DNA from: Nitrospirota bacterium
GTDB taxonomy: Bacteria > Nitrospirota > Thermodesulfovibrionia > Thermodesulfovibrionales > Dissulfurispiraceae
Direction: 5' to 3'
DNA length: 64,000 nt
Assembly: GCA_040758355.1 (NCBI GenBank)
Contig: JBFLWF010000001.1
Location: forward strand, 96,001-160,000
Part shown: piece after piece, positions 22,889 to 33,498 of the stretch
Position numbering within the stretch: position 1 is the stretch's first letter
Layout: every line of letters starts with the position of its first letter
Notes under the pieces: model-generated
The model's input: only the letters and a program-made list of their open reading frames with translations
The model's database searches: none
What the model was told of the DNA's origin: nothing
Position numbers and translations under genes: made by a program

Positions 22889-24103
22889 ATGACATACATT
22901 GAGCGGGACATTGCAGTTGCAATAACAGAGGCATTGCGTGAAATGTCGGTAGTTGTTGTTACCGGTATGAGGCAGACCGGTAAAAGCACATTTTTGCAAA
23001 ACCAGCCGGAACTGAAAGGCAGACGATATGTTACATTTGACGACTTTGCACAGATTGAGGCAGCCAAAGCCGACCCTGACGGTTTTGTGAACACCGGCGA
23101 GCCGCTTACTATTGATGAGGCTCATAAATGTCCGGAAGTATTGATTGCAATAAAAAAGAGTGTGGATAAAAAGAGGCAGCCGGGTCAGTTTTTATTGTCA
23201 GGCTCTGCAAACTTTGCGCTTCTGAAAGGCATATCCGAAAGTCTTGCCGGGCGTGCCGTGTATTTCACTCTGCACCCGATGTCTCTCAGGGAGATTAATA
23301 AACAAATCTCTAAAGAGCCCTTTCTTTACAGGTTTTTTAAAACACAGCAGATTCCAAAGATTAAAGAGACGCGGCTTGTAAAGGCAGATGATATCCTAAG
23401 CGGAGGAATGCCTTCCGTCTGTCTCGGAGAGGTTAAAAACAGAGGGCTCTGGTTTAAGGGATATGAACAGACATATCTTGAGAGGGATGTCAGAGAGTTA
23501 AGTCAGATTACAAATATTATCTCCTTCAGGCACCTGCTGCATCTATCGGCTTTTAGAACCGGTCAGCTTTTAAGTCCGAGCCAACTCAGTAGAGACGCAA
23601 AGTTGAATGTAGCAACAACATCGAGGCATCTTTCTCTTCTCGAAGCATCTTTCGTCATATATCGTGTAAGTCCATATCTCAGAAGTCGTGTAAGCAGGCT
23701 TATTAAGTCTCCAAAGCTTTATTTAACCGATTCAGGTATTGCATGTTATCTTGCAGGCATCAAGAGCCTTGAGGACGAACCCTTTAAAGGGGCCATGTTT
23801 GAGACCTATGCAGCACAGAATCTTTCGGCAATAATCAATTCACGATGGATCGATGCACAGCTATATTTCTGGAATGTTCAGGGAAGGCATGAAGTCGACT
23901 TCATTGTAGAGTCTGGAAATAAATGCATTGCCGTTGAAGTAAAGGCAGCGGCAAGATGGACGGATAAAGACCTTTCAGGACTCAGGGCATTTCTTTCGTC
24001 AACTCCACACTGCATTGCAGCCGTACTTGCATATAACGGAACTGAATCTGTAAGGCTCGGAGATAAAATATGGGCAATACCTGTCAGCACGGTTCTTTCG
24101 TAA
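22889..24103 (+). CDS. AAA+ ATPase of the COG1373/DUF4143 type with a C-terminal PD-(D/E)xK-like domain
   Basis: [44 protein letters not shown]...EVK. Confidence 0.88.
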   Translation: MTYIERDIAVAITEALREMSVVVVTGMRQTGKSTFLQNQPELKGRRYVTFDDFAQIEAAKADPDGFVNTGEPLTIDEAHKCPEVLIAIKKSVDKKRQPGQFLLSGSANFALLKGISESLAGRAVYFTLHPMSLREINKQISKEPFLYRFFKTQQIPKIKETRLVKADDILSGGMPSVCLGEVKNRGLWFKGYEQTYLERDVRELSQITNIISFRHLLHLSAFRTGQLLSPSQLSRDAKLNVATTSRHLSLLEASFVIYRVSPYLRSRVSRLIKSPKLYLTDSGIACYLAGIKSLEDEPFKGAMFETYAAQNLSAIINSRWIDAQLYFWNVQGRHEVDFIVESGNKCIAVEVKAAARWTDKDLSGLRAFLSSTPHCIAAVLAYNGTESVRLGDKIWAIPVSTVLS

Positions 24104-26126
24104 ACCCCGTTACTCCCAGACCCTTTACCCCCACCTTGAGCATACTCTCTTTTAATCCCTTTATCCTATCCCTTATCTGTGCTGCCCTTTCAAAATCAAG
24201 ATTCTTTGCAGCCTCTTTCATTTCCGATTCGAGTTTTTTAATGGCATCTTCGCTCAATTCGTATTCAGCCCTTTCCTCGGCAGCTACAGGGACTGTAAAG
24301 TAATCGGATTCATAAATTGAACTCAGAATGTCCTTTATCTCACTCTTTACAGTCTCCGGAGTTATTTTCATTTTCTTGTTATATGAAGACTGGATTTTCC
24401 TTCTCCTTTCAGTTTCGTCCAATGCCCTTTTCATGGAGCGTGTTATTGTATCTGCATAGAGGATAACCTCTCCATTTATATTCCTTGCTGCACGGCCTGC
24501 TGTCTGTATTAAAGAGCGCTCGGAGCGGAGAAAGCCTTCCTTGTCAGCATCAAAAATAGCAACGAGAGAGACTTCTGGCAAATCAAGTCCTTCCCTCAAT
24601 AAGTTGACGCCTATCAGCACATCGAATTGTCCGAGCCTCAGGTCCCTCAATATTTCCACCCTTTCAAGCGTGTCTATGTCAGAGTGCAGATACCTTGCCT
24701 TTACACCGAGTTCAGTATAATAGTCTGTCAAATCCTCTGCCATCTTCTTCGTCAATGTTGTAACCAAAACCCTCTCACCTTTTTCTGCCCTTGTCTTTAT
24801 CTCTCCAAGGAGGTCGTCCACCTGTCCCTTTACCGGCCTTACTATCATTTTTGGATCCATCAAGCCTGTCGGTCTTATAACCTGCTCGATAATCCTTTCC
24901 CCTGATTTTTCGATCTCGTATTCCGCAGGTGTTGCAGAAACATAAACCACCTGATTTGTGCGGTGCTCGAACTCTTCGAACTTCAAAGGCCTGTTATCAA
25001 GCGCAGAAGGCAGTCTAAAGCCGTAATCCACAAGGGTCTGCTTTCTTGAGCGGTCACCCTCATACATGCCCCCGATCTGCGGGACTGTGGCATGGGATTC
25101 GTCTATTATCAGGAGATAATCTCCATTGGAAGGCCCGCTTATGAGATAATCAATTAATGTATAAGGAGGCTCTCCGGGCAGCCTTCCGCTCAAATGCCTC
25201 GAATAATTCTCTATGCCGTGGCAATAGCCGAATTCCTTTAGCATTTCCAGATCGAATCTTGTCCTCTGTTCGATCCTCTGGGCATAGAGCAATTCGGCCT
25301 TATTCCTGAAATACCGCATCCTATCTTCGAGCTCTTTTTCTATGCCTTTAAATGCCCTTTCGAGCTTCGGCCTCGGAGTAATCCAGTGGCTGTTTGGATA
25401 AATGGCAAGCCTCTGGAGTCTCTTAATCCTCTCGCCTGTCAGCGGGTCGAATTCGTGAATCGCATCTATGTCGTCGCCAAAGAACTCCAATCTTATGGCC
25501 ATATCGCGGGAGAACGCAGGATATATCTCTACGATATCGCCTCTTACCCTGAAGCTCCCTCTCTTGAACTCCGTATCAGAGCGGATATAGAGCATCTCAA
25601 CCAATCTTTTCAAAAGCTCATCCCTCTTTGTCCTCATTCCTTCTTCGATAAAGAGATGCATCCCCAGGTAATCCTCTGGAGAGCCTATTCCGTAGATGCA
25701 TGAAACAGATGCCACAATAATTACATCTCTCCTTTCGAGGATGGACATGGTTGCAGAATGCCTTAACCTGTCGATGTCGTCATTTATTAGGGCATCTTTT
25801 TCTATGTATGTATCTGTTGTTGGTATATACGCCTCTGGCTGGTAGTAATCATAATAACTGACAAAGAACTCCACTGCGTTTTCAGGAAACAGCTCTCTAA
25901 ATTCGCCGTAAAGCTGTGCAGCAAGTGCCTTGTTGTGAGCTATAACAAGGGCGGGTTTGTTCACATTGGCAATGACATTTGCCACTGTAAATGTCTTGCC
26001 GGAGCCTGTGACACCCAGGAGAACCTGATGCTTAAGCCCTTTTATTACACCTTCGGTAAGATGCTCTATTGCCTTTGGCTGGTCGCCTTTTGGAGAAAAA
26101 CCTGTTTTTAATTTAAATTCATGCAT
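24084..26126 (-). CDS. uvrB: Excinuclease ABC subunit B
   Basis: [43 protein letters not shown]. Confidence 0.98.
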   Translation of the reverse strand: MHEFKLKTGFSPKGDQPKAIEHLTEGVIKGLKHQVLLGVTGSGKTFTVANVIANVNKPALVIAHNKALAAQLYGEFRELFPENAVEFFVSYYDYYQPEAYIPTTDTYIEKDALINDDIDRLRHSATMSILERRDVIIVASVSCIYGIGSPEDYLGMHLFIEEGMRTKRDELLKRLVEMLYIRSDTEFKRGSFRVRGDIVEIYPAFSRDMAIRLEFFGDDIDAIHEFDPLTGERIKRLQRLAIYPNSHWITPRPKLERAFKGIEKELEDRMRYFRNKAELLYAQRIEQRTRFDLEMLKEFGYCHGIENYSRHLSGRLPGEPPYTLIDYLISGPSNGDYLLIIDESHATVPQIGGMYEGDRSRKQTLVDYGFRLPSALDNRPLKFEEFEHRTNQVVYVSATPAEYEIEKSGERIIEQVIRPTGLMDPKMIVRPVKGQVDDLLGEIKTRAEKGERVLVTTLTKKMAEDLTDYYTELGVKARYLHSDIDTLERVEILRDLRLGQFDVLIGVNLLREGLDLPEVSLVAIFDADKEGFLRSERSLIQTAGRAARNINGEVILYADTITRSMKRALDETERRRKIQSSYNKKMKITPETVKSEIKDILSSIYESDYFTVPVAAEERAEYELSEDAIKKLESEMKEAAKNLDFERAAQIRDRIKGLKESMLKVGVKGLGVTGFTKEPC

Positions 26127-26173
26127 GGTTTTATGTTAAAATAATTTCACATAAAAGGTAAAAGAGGAACATT

Positions 26174-27601
26174 TTGGATAGAAATATCCGTTCACAGTCA
26201 GCCTTTCACGACATCCATGAAGAATGCGGCATCTTTGGTGTGTATGGCCATCCAGAGGCAGCCAATCTCGCCTATTTGGGACTTTATGCACTCCAGCACC
26301 GCGGACAGGAAGGTGCAGGCATATGCTCTGCTGACGGCACCCAGCTTTATTTAGAAAAATCCATAGGCCTTGTTGCGGATATATTCACAGAAAAAAGGAT
26401 AAAGCGCCTTCCGGGAAACCTGGCAATAGGACATAACAGGTATTCCACAGCAGGAGGCGGCGGTCTGAAGAATGTCCAGCCCCTTGTTGCAAATTACGCG
26501 CTCGGTACCATTGCAGTGGCCCACAACGGCAACCTCATTAATGCAGAGCAGTTGAAGGATGAACTGGAAGCAGAGGGCGCCATATTCCAATCCACCTCAG
26601 ACAGCGAAGTGATCCTCCATCTTATTGCAAGGTCAAGGAACGACAACCCACATGAACGCATAGCAGAGGCGCTCAGGAGTGTTACCGGCGCCTTCAGCCT
26701 TCTTTTTCTGAGGGAATCGGAACTTATAGCCGTAAGAGACCCAATGGGTGTGAGACCACTTTCAATTGGACAGGTTGACGGCGCGTACGTTGTTGCTTCA
26801 GAGACCTGCGCATTTGACCTCATAGGCGCTGAATACATCAGGGATGTTGAGCCGGGCGAGATGGTGATTATAAATCACAACGGCCTGCAATCCATAAGGG
26901 CATTGCAGAGTTTCAGAAAGGCATTCTGCGTATTCGAGTTCATATATTTTGCACGTCCAGACAGCCACATTTTCAACCATATATGCGTCAACACAATGAG
27001 AAAGGAATTCGGAAGACAGCTCTCAAGGGAATCGCTTGTAGATGCCGATATAGTTATACCTGTCCCCGATTCAGGAGTCCCTGCTGCCATTGGTTTTGCA
27101 GAGGAAGGAAAACTGCCATTTGACTTTGGATTAATAAGAAACCATTACATAGGCAGGACATTTATAGAGCCGAAGCAGAGCATAAGGCATTTTGGAGTAA
27201 AGATAAAACTCAATCCTGTAAGGGATCTCCTGAGGGGCAAGAGGGTTATTGTTGTGGATGATTCAATAGTAAGGGGCACTACGAGCAAAAAGATCGTGAA
27301 GATGATAAGGGAAGTGGGCGGCGCAAAAGAGGTTCATATGAGGATATGCTCTCCTCCCACGGTTGGGCCATGTTTTTACGGAATAGACACGCCCACAAGG
27401 CAGGAGCTCATCGCATCGAGCCACATGACCGAAGAGATAAGGAAATACATAACTGCAGATACCCTCTCATATCTGAGCATCGAGGGATTAAAGAGCATCG
27501 TTCCTAATCCCGAAAATTACTGCACTGCATGCTTTGACAATAACTATCCTATCCAGTTCCCAGGAGAGAGATTGGAGCAGATGGAACTGACATTTGCATA
27601 A
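26174..27601 (+). CDS. purF: Amidophosphoribosyltransferase (TTG start, propeptide before the catalytic Cys)
   Basis: [30 protein letters not shown] and Fe-S cysteines. Confidence 0.97.
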   Translation: MDRNIRSQSAFHDIHEECGIFGVYGHPEAANLAYLGLYALQHRGQEGAGICSADGTQLYLEKSIGLVADIFTEKRIKRLPGNLAIGHNRYSTAGGGGLKNVQPLVANYALGTIAVAHNGNLINAEQLKDELEAEGAIFQSTSDSEVILHLIARSRNDNPHERIAEALRSVTGAFSLLFLRESELIAVRDPMGVRPLSIGQVDGAYVVASETCAFDLIGAEYIRDVEPGEMVIINHNGLQSIRALQSFRKAFCVFEFIYFARPDSHIFNHICVNTMRKEFGRQLSRESLVDADIVIPVPDSGVPAAIGFAEEGKLPFDFGLIRNHYIGRTFIEPKQSIRHFGVKIKLNPVRDLLRGKRVIVVDDSIVRGTTSKKIVKMIREVGGAKEVHMRICSPPTVGPCFYGIDTPTRQELIASSHMTEEIRKYITADTLSYLSIEGLKSIVPNPENYCTACFDNNYPIQFPGERLEQMELTFA

Positions 27602-29205
27602 TGACCATCAGGTCAAAGATATGGCTGCTTAGCATCATCCCCATCCTGGCGCTCCTGTATTTCATCTCCGTAGAAATCGGCGAGGCCATAAAAACCGAAA
27701 ACGGTCTGAAAGAGGTATATGACAGAATCCTCGAGGCCGAAAAGTTTTCGGACATAATCCATGAACTTCAAAAAGAGCGCGGTTTAAGCTCGGGGTTTCT
27801 GACGAGCAAAGGCAAAAAATTCAGGGATGACCTCTTAGTCCAGAGGGCAGAAACCGACAGAAAGATAAAAGATCTGTATTTTCTCGTAAGAGAGACCGGA
27901 TCAGGCTCGAAGGTGATGTCTCTGCGCAGCGAGCTTGACCTCAAGCGAAACCGGATAAGCTCCCTCGGCATTAACGCACTTGAAGCACAGGAATACTACA
28001 CCGGTACTATTGCAGCACTAATCAATGAGGTATCAAAAATCGCACTGATGGCGAAGACGTCGGAGACAAAGAACGCCATCATGCTTCATTCATATCTCTT
28101 GTATGCCAAGGAATTTTTAGGCCAGATAAGGGCAACGCTGAATGCAGTATTCGCTGCCGGACAATTTGATGGTTTCAGCATGAGGAAACTTGCTTCTATT
28201 AAGGGAGCCCATGATACAAACACTGAACGGTTTTTGCAGGATGCGCCGCCGGATGTAAAACGATTTTATACAGACAAATTTCAAAGCAGCAATGTTCAGG
28301 CTACAATGGATATGATTGATATCGCCTTTGCGAAATTTAAGACCGGAAGCTTCGGCATCGACCCCGGTGTGTGGTTTAAATCAGCAACTGCTTCGATTAA
28401 CGCACTAAAAGAGGTCGAGGATTATTGCATGGGACAGATAAAGAAGAACACCGCACAGCATATACGAGAGACAAGACAATACATCTATGCACAGGTTGTT
28501 ATGCTGGGTGCCATACTCATATCTGTTATAACTACGGCTATGGTTATCGGAAAGACGATCATTGACAGATTGCATGCACTCCTGTCATCCATAACCAATA
28601 CAATGAATACCGGAGATTTTGCCCAGTACCATGCCATGAGCTCAAAGGATGAGATAGGCATTGTCTCAAAGGCATTTAACGACCTCTTAAAAACAACCAA
28701 TCAATTGATTATCGAAAAAGAGCAGCTCGCCGAGACCGACCCTTTAACAAAAATCTACAATAGATTAAAATTTGATAATATATTTACATCGGAAATAATG
28801 AAGGTGCAGAGATATGGAACGCCTCTGTCTCTGATCATGTTTGATATAGACGATTTTAAACAGATCAACGATACTTACGGACACAATGTTGGAGACAATG
28901 TCCTGATAGAGATAACAAAGATCGTGTCCAATAATATAAGGACTACCGATATATTTGCCCGATGGGGCGGTGAGGAGTTTGTGATACTGACTCCCAATAC
29001 AGACATGGAGCACGCAAGGGAACTATCGGAGAGGTTAAGGGCAGCAATTGAAGATTCTATTTTTAAGAAAGCGTTTACTGTTACATGCAGCTTTGGGGTA
29101 GCAGAATTCAGGGAAGACGACACTACCGATACATTGAGCAAAAGGGCGGATGACGCCCTGTATGAAGCAAAAAAGAGCGGGAAAAACAGGGTGTGCATAG
29201 GATAA
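27601..29205 (+). CDS. Diguanylate cyclase: TM-NIT-TM-HAMP-GGDEF
   Basis: IHELQKERG and KEFLGQIRA (NIT-like); DIDDFKQINDTYGH; RTTD I-site and GGEEF. Confidence 0.88.
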   Translation: MTIRSKIWLLSIIPILALLYFISVEIGEAIKTENGLKEVYDRILEAEKFSDIIHELQKERGLSSGFLTSKGKKFRDDLLVQRAETDRKIKDLYFLVRETGSGSKVMSLRSELDLKRNRISSLGINALEAQEYYTGTIAALINEVSKIALMAKTSETKNAIMLHSYLLYAKEFLGQIRATLNAVFAAGQFDGFSMRKLASIKGAHDTNTERFLQDAPPDVKRFYTDKFQSSNVQATMDMIDIAFAKFKTGSFGIDPGVWFKSATASINALKEVEDYCMGQIKKNTAQHIRETRQYIYAQVVMLGAILISVITTAMVIGKTIIDRLHALLSSITNTMNTGDFAQYHAMSSKDEIGIVSKAFNDLLKTTNQLIIEKEQLAETDPLTKIYNRLKFDNIFTSEIMKVQRYGTPLSLIMFDIDDFKQINDTYGHNVGDNVLIEITKIVSNNIRTTDIFARWGGEEFVILTPNTDMEHARELSERLRAAIEDSIFKKAFTVTCSFGVAEFREDDTTDTLSKRADDALYEAKKSGKNRVCIG

Positions 29206-29209
29206 GTTC

Positions 29210-30340
29210 ATGATTACAAGGACCATTCAGGCAATATACAAAATCAATATAGGCATTAAAAGAAATGAAAGTGTCCTGGTCTTTACAGATAGAATCTCGC
29301 CTTCGGAAATCCTACACGAAAATGACCTCTGCAGACGTGAAAGACTGAGGGATATAGCGTTATTGACAGCGGAGATCGGAAAGGCATTCACGAAAAAGAT
29401 TGCTTATCATGAATATGCTGCCACAGGAAGCCATGGTGCAGAGCCTCCTGAGGAATTGTGGAGCATGGCCTTTGGACAAAGGGCTGTAAGCGAGCTCAAA
29501 AGACACAGGCTTTTAGCCCAGCTTATAAAAAAAGAGATTACAGATGACGGAATAAAAAAGGCAGAAGCCATTGTTTCGAAAAACAAGAGATCTGCTGTAA
29601 ATGCAGTAATCGCCCTTTCCAATTATTCTACGAGTCATACGAGATTCAGGGATATTTTAACGCGTGTATGCGGGTGCCGCTATGCGAGCATGCCCATATT
29701 CGAATTCTCGATGCTCGAAAGCTCCATGGATGTCGATTGGAAGAGATTGTCAAAGAGGACAAAAGCTATAGCGAAAGTCGTTAACACTACAGAAGCCATA
29801 GAAATAAAAACCCCAAACGGCACCCACATTACCCTGTCAAAAAAAGACAGGCAGGCGTTATCTGATGACGGTATACTTACAAAACCGGGGTCATTCGGCA
29901 ATCTTCCTGCCGGTGAAGTTTTTCTTGCGCCTGTTGAAGGCAGTGCAGAAGGGAAACTTGTTCTTGAATGGGCGCCAACAAGGGAACTGAAATCTCCCAT
30001 AACTTTAATCATCGAGGAAGGCATTGTAAGAGAGATAATCGGAGATGAGCCTTATGCTGATTACCTCAGGGAAAAGCTCAATGAGAGGAATGAAAACAGG
30101 AATATTGCAGAGCTTGGAATAGGAACAAACGACAGGGCAAAAAGGCCTGACAATATCCTCGAATCAGAGAAGATTTTAGGGACAATACACATTGCCCTCG
30201 GTGATAACAGCTCATTCGGAGGAAGGGTAAAGACGCCCTTTCATCAGGATTTTGTGTTCTTCAAACCGACGGTAATATTAAAAACAAAAGATAACAAATG
30301 CGTTTATCTGCTCAAAGACGGTATTTTAGTGCTAAAATAG
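29210..30340 (+). CDS. M29-like aminopeptidase
   Basis: GNLPAGEVF, NIAELGIGTN, ESEKILGTIHIALGDN, HQD. Confidence 0.82.
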   Translation: MITRTIQAIYKINIGIKRNESVLVFTDRISPSEILHENDLCRRERLRDIALLTAEIGKAFTKKIAYHEYAATGSHGAEPPEELWSMAFGQRAVSELKRHRLLAQLIKKEITDDGIKKAEAIVSKNKRSAVNAVIALSNYSTSHTRFRDILTRVCGCRYASMPIFEFSMLESSMDVDWKRLSKRTKAIAKVVNTTEAIEIKTPNGTHITLSKKDRQALSDDGILTKPGSFGNLPAGEVFLAPVEGSAEGKLVLEWAPTRELKSPITLIIEEGIVREIIGDEPYADYLREKLNERNENRNIAELGIGTNDRAKRPDNILESEKILGTIHIALGDNSSFGGRVKTPFHQDFVFFKPTVILKTKDNKCVYLLKDGILVLK

Positions 30341-30348
30341 AACCAATA

Positions 30349-30574
30349 CCAAATCCGGCGATAAGGATGGGTCTCTGAAGTGAATAGCGATGTTTTGGCA
30401 ACAGTTCTTTGCGACTGGAGCGTCAGGCAATGGCATAATCTTGGAGCGACCATACCATTGCCTGACAGACGCAAGTGTCTGAGCGAAGCGAGTTTTGCGG
30501 CTGTAGCGAAAGGAGCATTAGAACTGTCAAAACAGAGCTCCTGAACGAAAGAGACTTATCCTTATCGCCGGATC
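30349..30574 (+). repeat. ~225-bp nested-palindrome repeat, family 2, copy 2
   Basis: Near-identical to 19608-19832; terminal ATCCGGCGATAAGGAT/ATCCTTATCGCCGGAT. Confidence 0.92.
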
Positions 30575-30584
30575 ACAGCAATAA

Positions 30585-30923
30585 ATGCTTATTACCAGAA
30601 AGAGAATTGTCCTGACAATCGGGATAGGATGCATCCTCTGGAGCTATTACCATCTCTTTGCAATAAGGGCCGAGGAATCGTTTGTGGGTAAACAGATAAC
30701 AGCCTTAACCGCAAGTGGAGAGGTTAAAGGAAAGGCCATTAGTGTCAAAACCAATTCTGTAATTTTATCGGAGAACAAAAAAATTATAGAGGTTCCGCTG
30801 CACAGTGTGATTAAAGTGGGTGATCTGAGGGTTGACGAGCATGAGACCAAGAGGGTTCTGCTTGCAGTGAGCATCTCTGTGTCAGGCGGTATAATGATAT
30901 GGATTGCCTTATTTTTCTTATAA
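30585..30923 (+). CDS. Hypothetical membrane protein (N- and C-terminal hydrophobic helices)
   Basis: 112-aa ORF filling the gap, ending just before the cutA RBS. Confidence 0.55.
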   Translation: MLITRKRIVLTIGIGCILWSYYHLFAIRAEESFVGKQITALTASGEVKGKAISVKTNSVILSENKKIIEVPLHSVIKVGDLRVDEHETKRVLLAVSISVSGGIMIWIALFFL

Positions 30924-30933
30924 AGGAGGGCCT

Positions 30934-31248
30934 ATGGAGACGATTGTTGTTTATATAACCGCACCAAATGAGGATGAGGCAGCAAGGATTGCAAAGGCTA
31001 TTGTTGAGGAAAGGCTTGCAGGATGTGCGAATATAGTTAAAGGTATCCGTTCCATATATAGCTGGCAGGGAAAGATCGAGGATGATGCTGAGGTCTTGAT
31101 GATTGTCAAAACTCAGAGGCATTTATTTGAGCCATTGAAGAGACGTGTGAAGGAACTGCACAGCTACACGGTGCCTGAGATAATTGCCTTGCCAATAATT
31201 GAAGGCTCGGAGGATTATCTCAACTGGCTGAAGGAAGTAACGGAGTGA
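30934..31248 (+). CDS. cutA: Divalent-cation tolerance protein CutA
   Basis: ERLAGCANI, SIYSWQG, HSYTVPEII; RBS AAGGAGG. Confidence 0.95.
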   Translation: METIVVYITAPNEDEAARIAKAIVEERLAGCANIVKGIRSIYSWQGKIEDDAEVLMIVKTQRHLFEPLKRRVKELHSYTVPEIIALPIIEGSEDYLNWLKEVTE

Positions 31249-31556
31249 AAGATAAGATTTATACAGACATAATCTGCAAGGGATTCTGCAAGTACTACAA
31301 AGAAGGCAAGGAAGAGCTTCACTGCGGGGGATATGAAATTCTGAGAAATAACCTTACGCCTTATGAATTAAAGATGCTTGTCCGATCATTGAAATGCGGA
31401 GATGAGATTAAAAACCGTATTCCTGCAAAAAATGAAAAATTGATAAACCTCGTTTGCGCAAAATGCGATTTCTTTATAGACGAATGCGATTATACAGACA
31501 ACCGCTCAGGTCCGCCATGCGGCGGGTATATAATTATCAACCTACTATGCGGTTGA
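31245..31556 (+). CDS. Small Cys-rich hypothetical protein
   Basis: GTGA overlap with cutA; two CxxC/CxxxC...CGGY half-repeats. Confidence 0.65.
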   Translation: MKDKIYTDIICKGFCKYYKEGKEELHCGGYEILRNNLTPYELKMLVRSLKCGDEIKNRIPAKNEKLINLVCAKCDFFIDECDYTDNRSGPPCGGYIIINLLCG

Positions 31557-31899
31557 TCTGCCTCTGCCTCGTATTTTCTGGTCTTGTATTTTCAGCAGCC
31601 TTGTTTGTATTCTGGTATGCCTGTACTGCACGCTGGGATTCGATATTTCTGGTTTCCTGAGTCTTTTGCTGTGCCTCCGCATTAGGGGTATTTGCAGTTC
31701 TGCTTGCATTTTTGGCTCTGCCCTGTCTGCTCAGGGTCACTCTGACATCCTCTGAAGATGGATTATTTCTTTCTGCATTCTCTCTCTGTTGCGTCTGCCT
31801 CTGGGTTTGCTGTGACTGTGGATTCTTTTTCTTTTGAATATCGTATCTTGAAATTATATCTGTTTGTAATTGGTTATTTGGTGTCTGGTTTACCGGCAT
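31537..31899 (-). CDS. Gln/Asn/Arg-rich hypothetical protein
   Basis: RBS GGAGGT; low-complexity ORF directly downstream of hisD. Confidence 0.6.
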   Translation of the reverse strand: MPVNQTPNNQLQTDIISRYDIQKKKNPQSQQTQRQTQQRENAERNNPSSEDVRVTLSRQGRAKNASRTANTPNAEAQQKTQETRNIESQRAVQAYQNTNKAAENTRPENTRQRQINRIVG

Positions 31900-31900
31900 G

Positions 31901-33205
31901 TTAACCTCCTTTGGCATAAGGTGGACGGAGTGCTGACTTCTTTCTTATCCTAATTGTATTGGCATGTGCCTCAAGCCCCTCTACGTCGGCAATCGTCTCT
32001 ACAGTATCTGATAAGAGCATAAACCCTTTTTTGTCAAATTGCAAGAGGCTCGTTCTTTTTATGAAATCATAAACTCCAAGAGGAGATGAAAATCTTGCTG
32101 TACCGCCTGTAGGCAGAGTATGATTTGGCCCTGCTGAATAATCTCCGAGAGGTTCTGGTGTCCATTGGCCTGAAAATACAGCACCGGCATTTTTAATCAT
32201 TTCCATGTCTTTTTCAGGCTGTAGCGTCATTAATTCAAGATGCTCAGGCGCAATCTCATTTGCTATATCTGCGGCCTCTTTAATGCTCTTTGTCTTGATT
32301 ATAGCCCCGAATCTTTTCAGTGATTTCTTTGCTATATCCTTTCTTTTCAAACCCTTAAGTTGAATATTCAATTCCTGAATTACATTGCCTGCAAGGACTT
32401 CTGAGTCCGTTATCAATATGCTGGATGCAAGCTCATCGTGCTCTGCCTGACTTAGCATATCAGAAGCGACAAATTCAGGGTTTGCGGTCTCATCTGCGAT
32501 TATCAATATCTCGCTTGGCCCTGCGATCATGTCGATGTCAACTTCTCCGAAGACCATTTTTTTTGCGAGGGCAACATAGATATTTCCGGGGCCGACTATC
32601 TTATCCACTTTTTTTATGCTCTCTGTGCCGTATGCCATAGCGCCGACTGCCTGAGCGCCTCCAATCCTGTAAATCTCTTTAACGCCGAGCATCTCGATTG
32701 CTGCCATAACATAAGGATTTGTCTCTCCAATGGGAGTGGGAACACATAAGCATATATTTTTAACACCGGCTACCTGCGCCGGGATGACATTCATTAACAC
32801 TGTTGAGGGATAAGATGCCTTTCCTCCGGGAACATACACGCCTGCCCTTTCTATAGGCCTGATTATCTGTCCAAGCAATGCACCGTCTTTCTTAAACGAC
32901 CATGATTTCTCCCTTTGTCTCTCGTGAAAATCCCATATTCTTTTGGCTGACAATTCCAATGCCTTTACTATCTTTTTGTCTGCCTTTTTTGCACGCTTTG
33001 CGATATCAGAGGCTTTTAGCCTTAGAGGAAGGTCGTGTTTGTCAAATCTGCGGGTGTATTTCTCTACTGCAGAATCACCGTTCTTCCTCACATCGAAAAG
33101 TATGCTTTTTACTGCCTTTTCTATCTCCGGACTGACACCCAATGCCCTTTTCCTGAGGAGATTAAGGAATGCCGATATTTCCTTTTTGTTCTCTATAATT
33201 TTCAT
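31901..33205 (-). CDS. hisD: Histidinol dehydrogenase
   Basis: GVYVPGG, KIVGPGN, AGPSE, QAEHD, APEHL, GPNHTLPT, EAHA. Confidence 0.97.
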   Translation of the reverse strand: MKIIENKKEISAFLNLLRKRALGVSPEIEKAVKSILFDVRKNGDSAVEKYTRRFDKHDLPLRLKASDIAKRAKKADKKIVKALELSAKRIWDFHERQREKSWSFKKDGALLGQIIRPIERAGVYVPGGKASYPSTVLMNVIPAQVAGVKNICLCVPTPIGETNPYVMAAIEMLGVKEIYRIGGAQAVGAMAYGTESIKKVDKIVGPGNIYVALAKKMVFGEVDIDMIAGPSEILIIADETANPEFVASDMLSQAEHDELASSILITDSEVLAGNVIQELNIQLKGLKRKDIAKKSLKRFGAIIKTKSIKEAADIANEIAPEHLELMTLQPEKDMEMIKNAGAVFSGQWTPEPLGDYSAGPNHTLPTGGTARFSSPLGVYDFIKRTSLLQFDKKGFMLLSDTVETIADVEGLEAHANTIRIRKKSALRPPYAKGG

Positions 33206-33225
33206 GGTGATGAATTATATCATAT

Positions 33226-33436
33226 TTAAGTTGAGCGATTTTATATTCAGATTTGTAAGGCAGGTGCTGCGGAAAGACTTTAAACCCTGCATTTGCAAAT
33301 ACATTTATCTTGTATCCGTCATCTACTACATTGGATACTTGATGGATAATGCATCTGTTATCTCTAATATGCACATGAACAAGGACTTTTTAAAGTCTTA
33401 TAGCAGTGCCTGCCTTACAAAATCGCTTAAGTTAGG
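33226..33436 (+). repeat. ~205-bp hairpin repeat, family 1, copy A
   Basis: Homologous to 55876-56085, 57992-58200 and 59158-59371; ends TTGAGCGATT/AATCGCTTAA. Confidence 0.92.
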
Positions 33437-33440
33437 TCAT

Positions 33441-33476
33441 AAAAGAAAAGGGGCGGACATTTTTGTCCGCCCCTTT
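33441..33476 (-). terminator. Intrinsic terminator of acs
   Basis: AAAGGGGCGGACA-loop-TGTCCGCCCCTTT then TCTTTT on the minus strand. Confidence 0.85.
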
Positions 33477-33498
33477 GAAAATGATTTTTGATCTGCTT

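Noticed and set aside
19608..30574. Composite transposon or island bounded by the two family-2 repeats
   Set aside because: The enclosed DNA includes core genes (uvrB, purF) and no mobility gene; dispersed copies are the simpler explanation.
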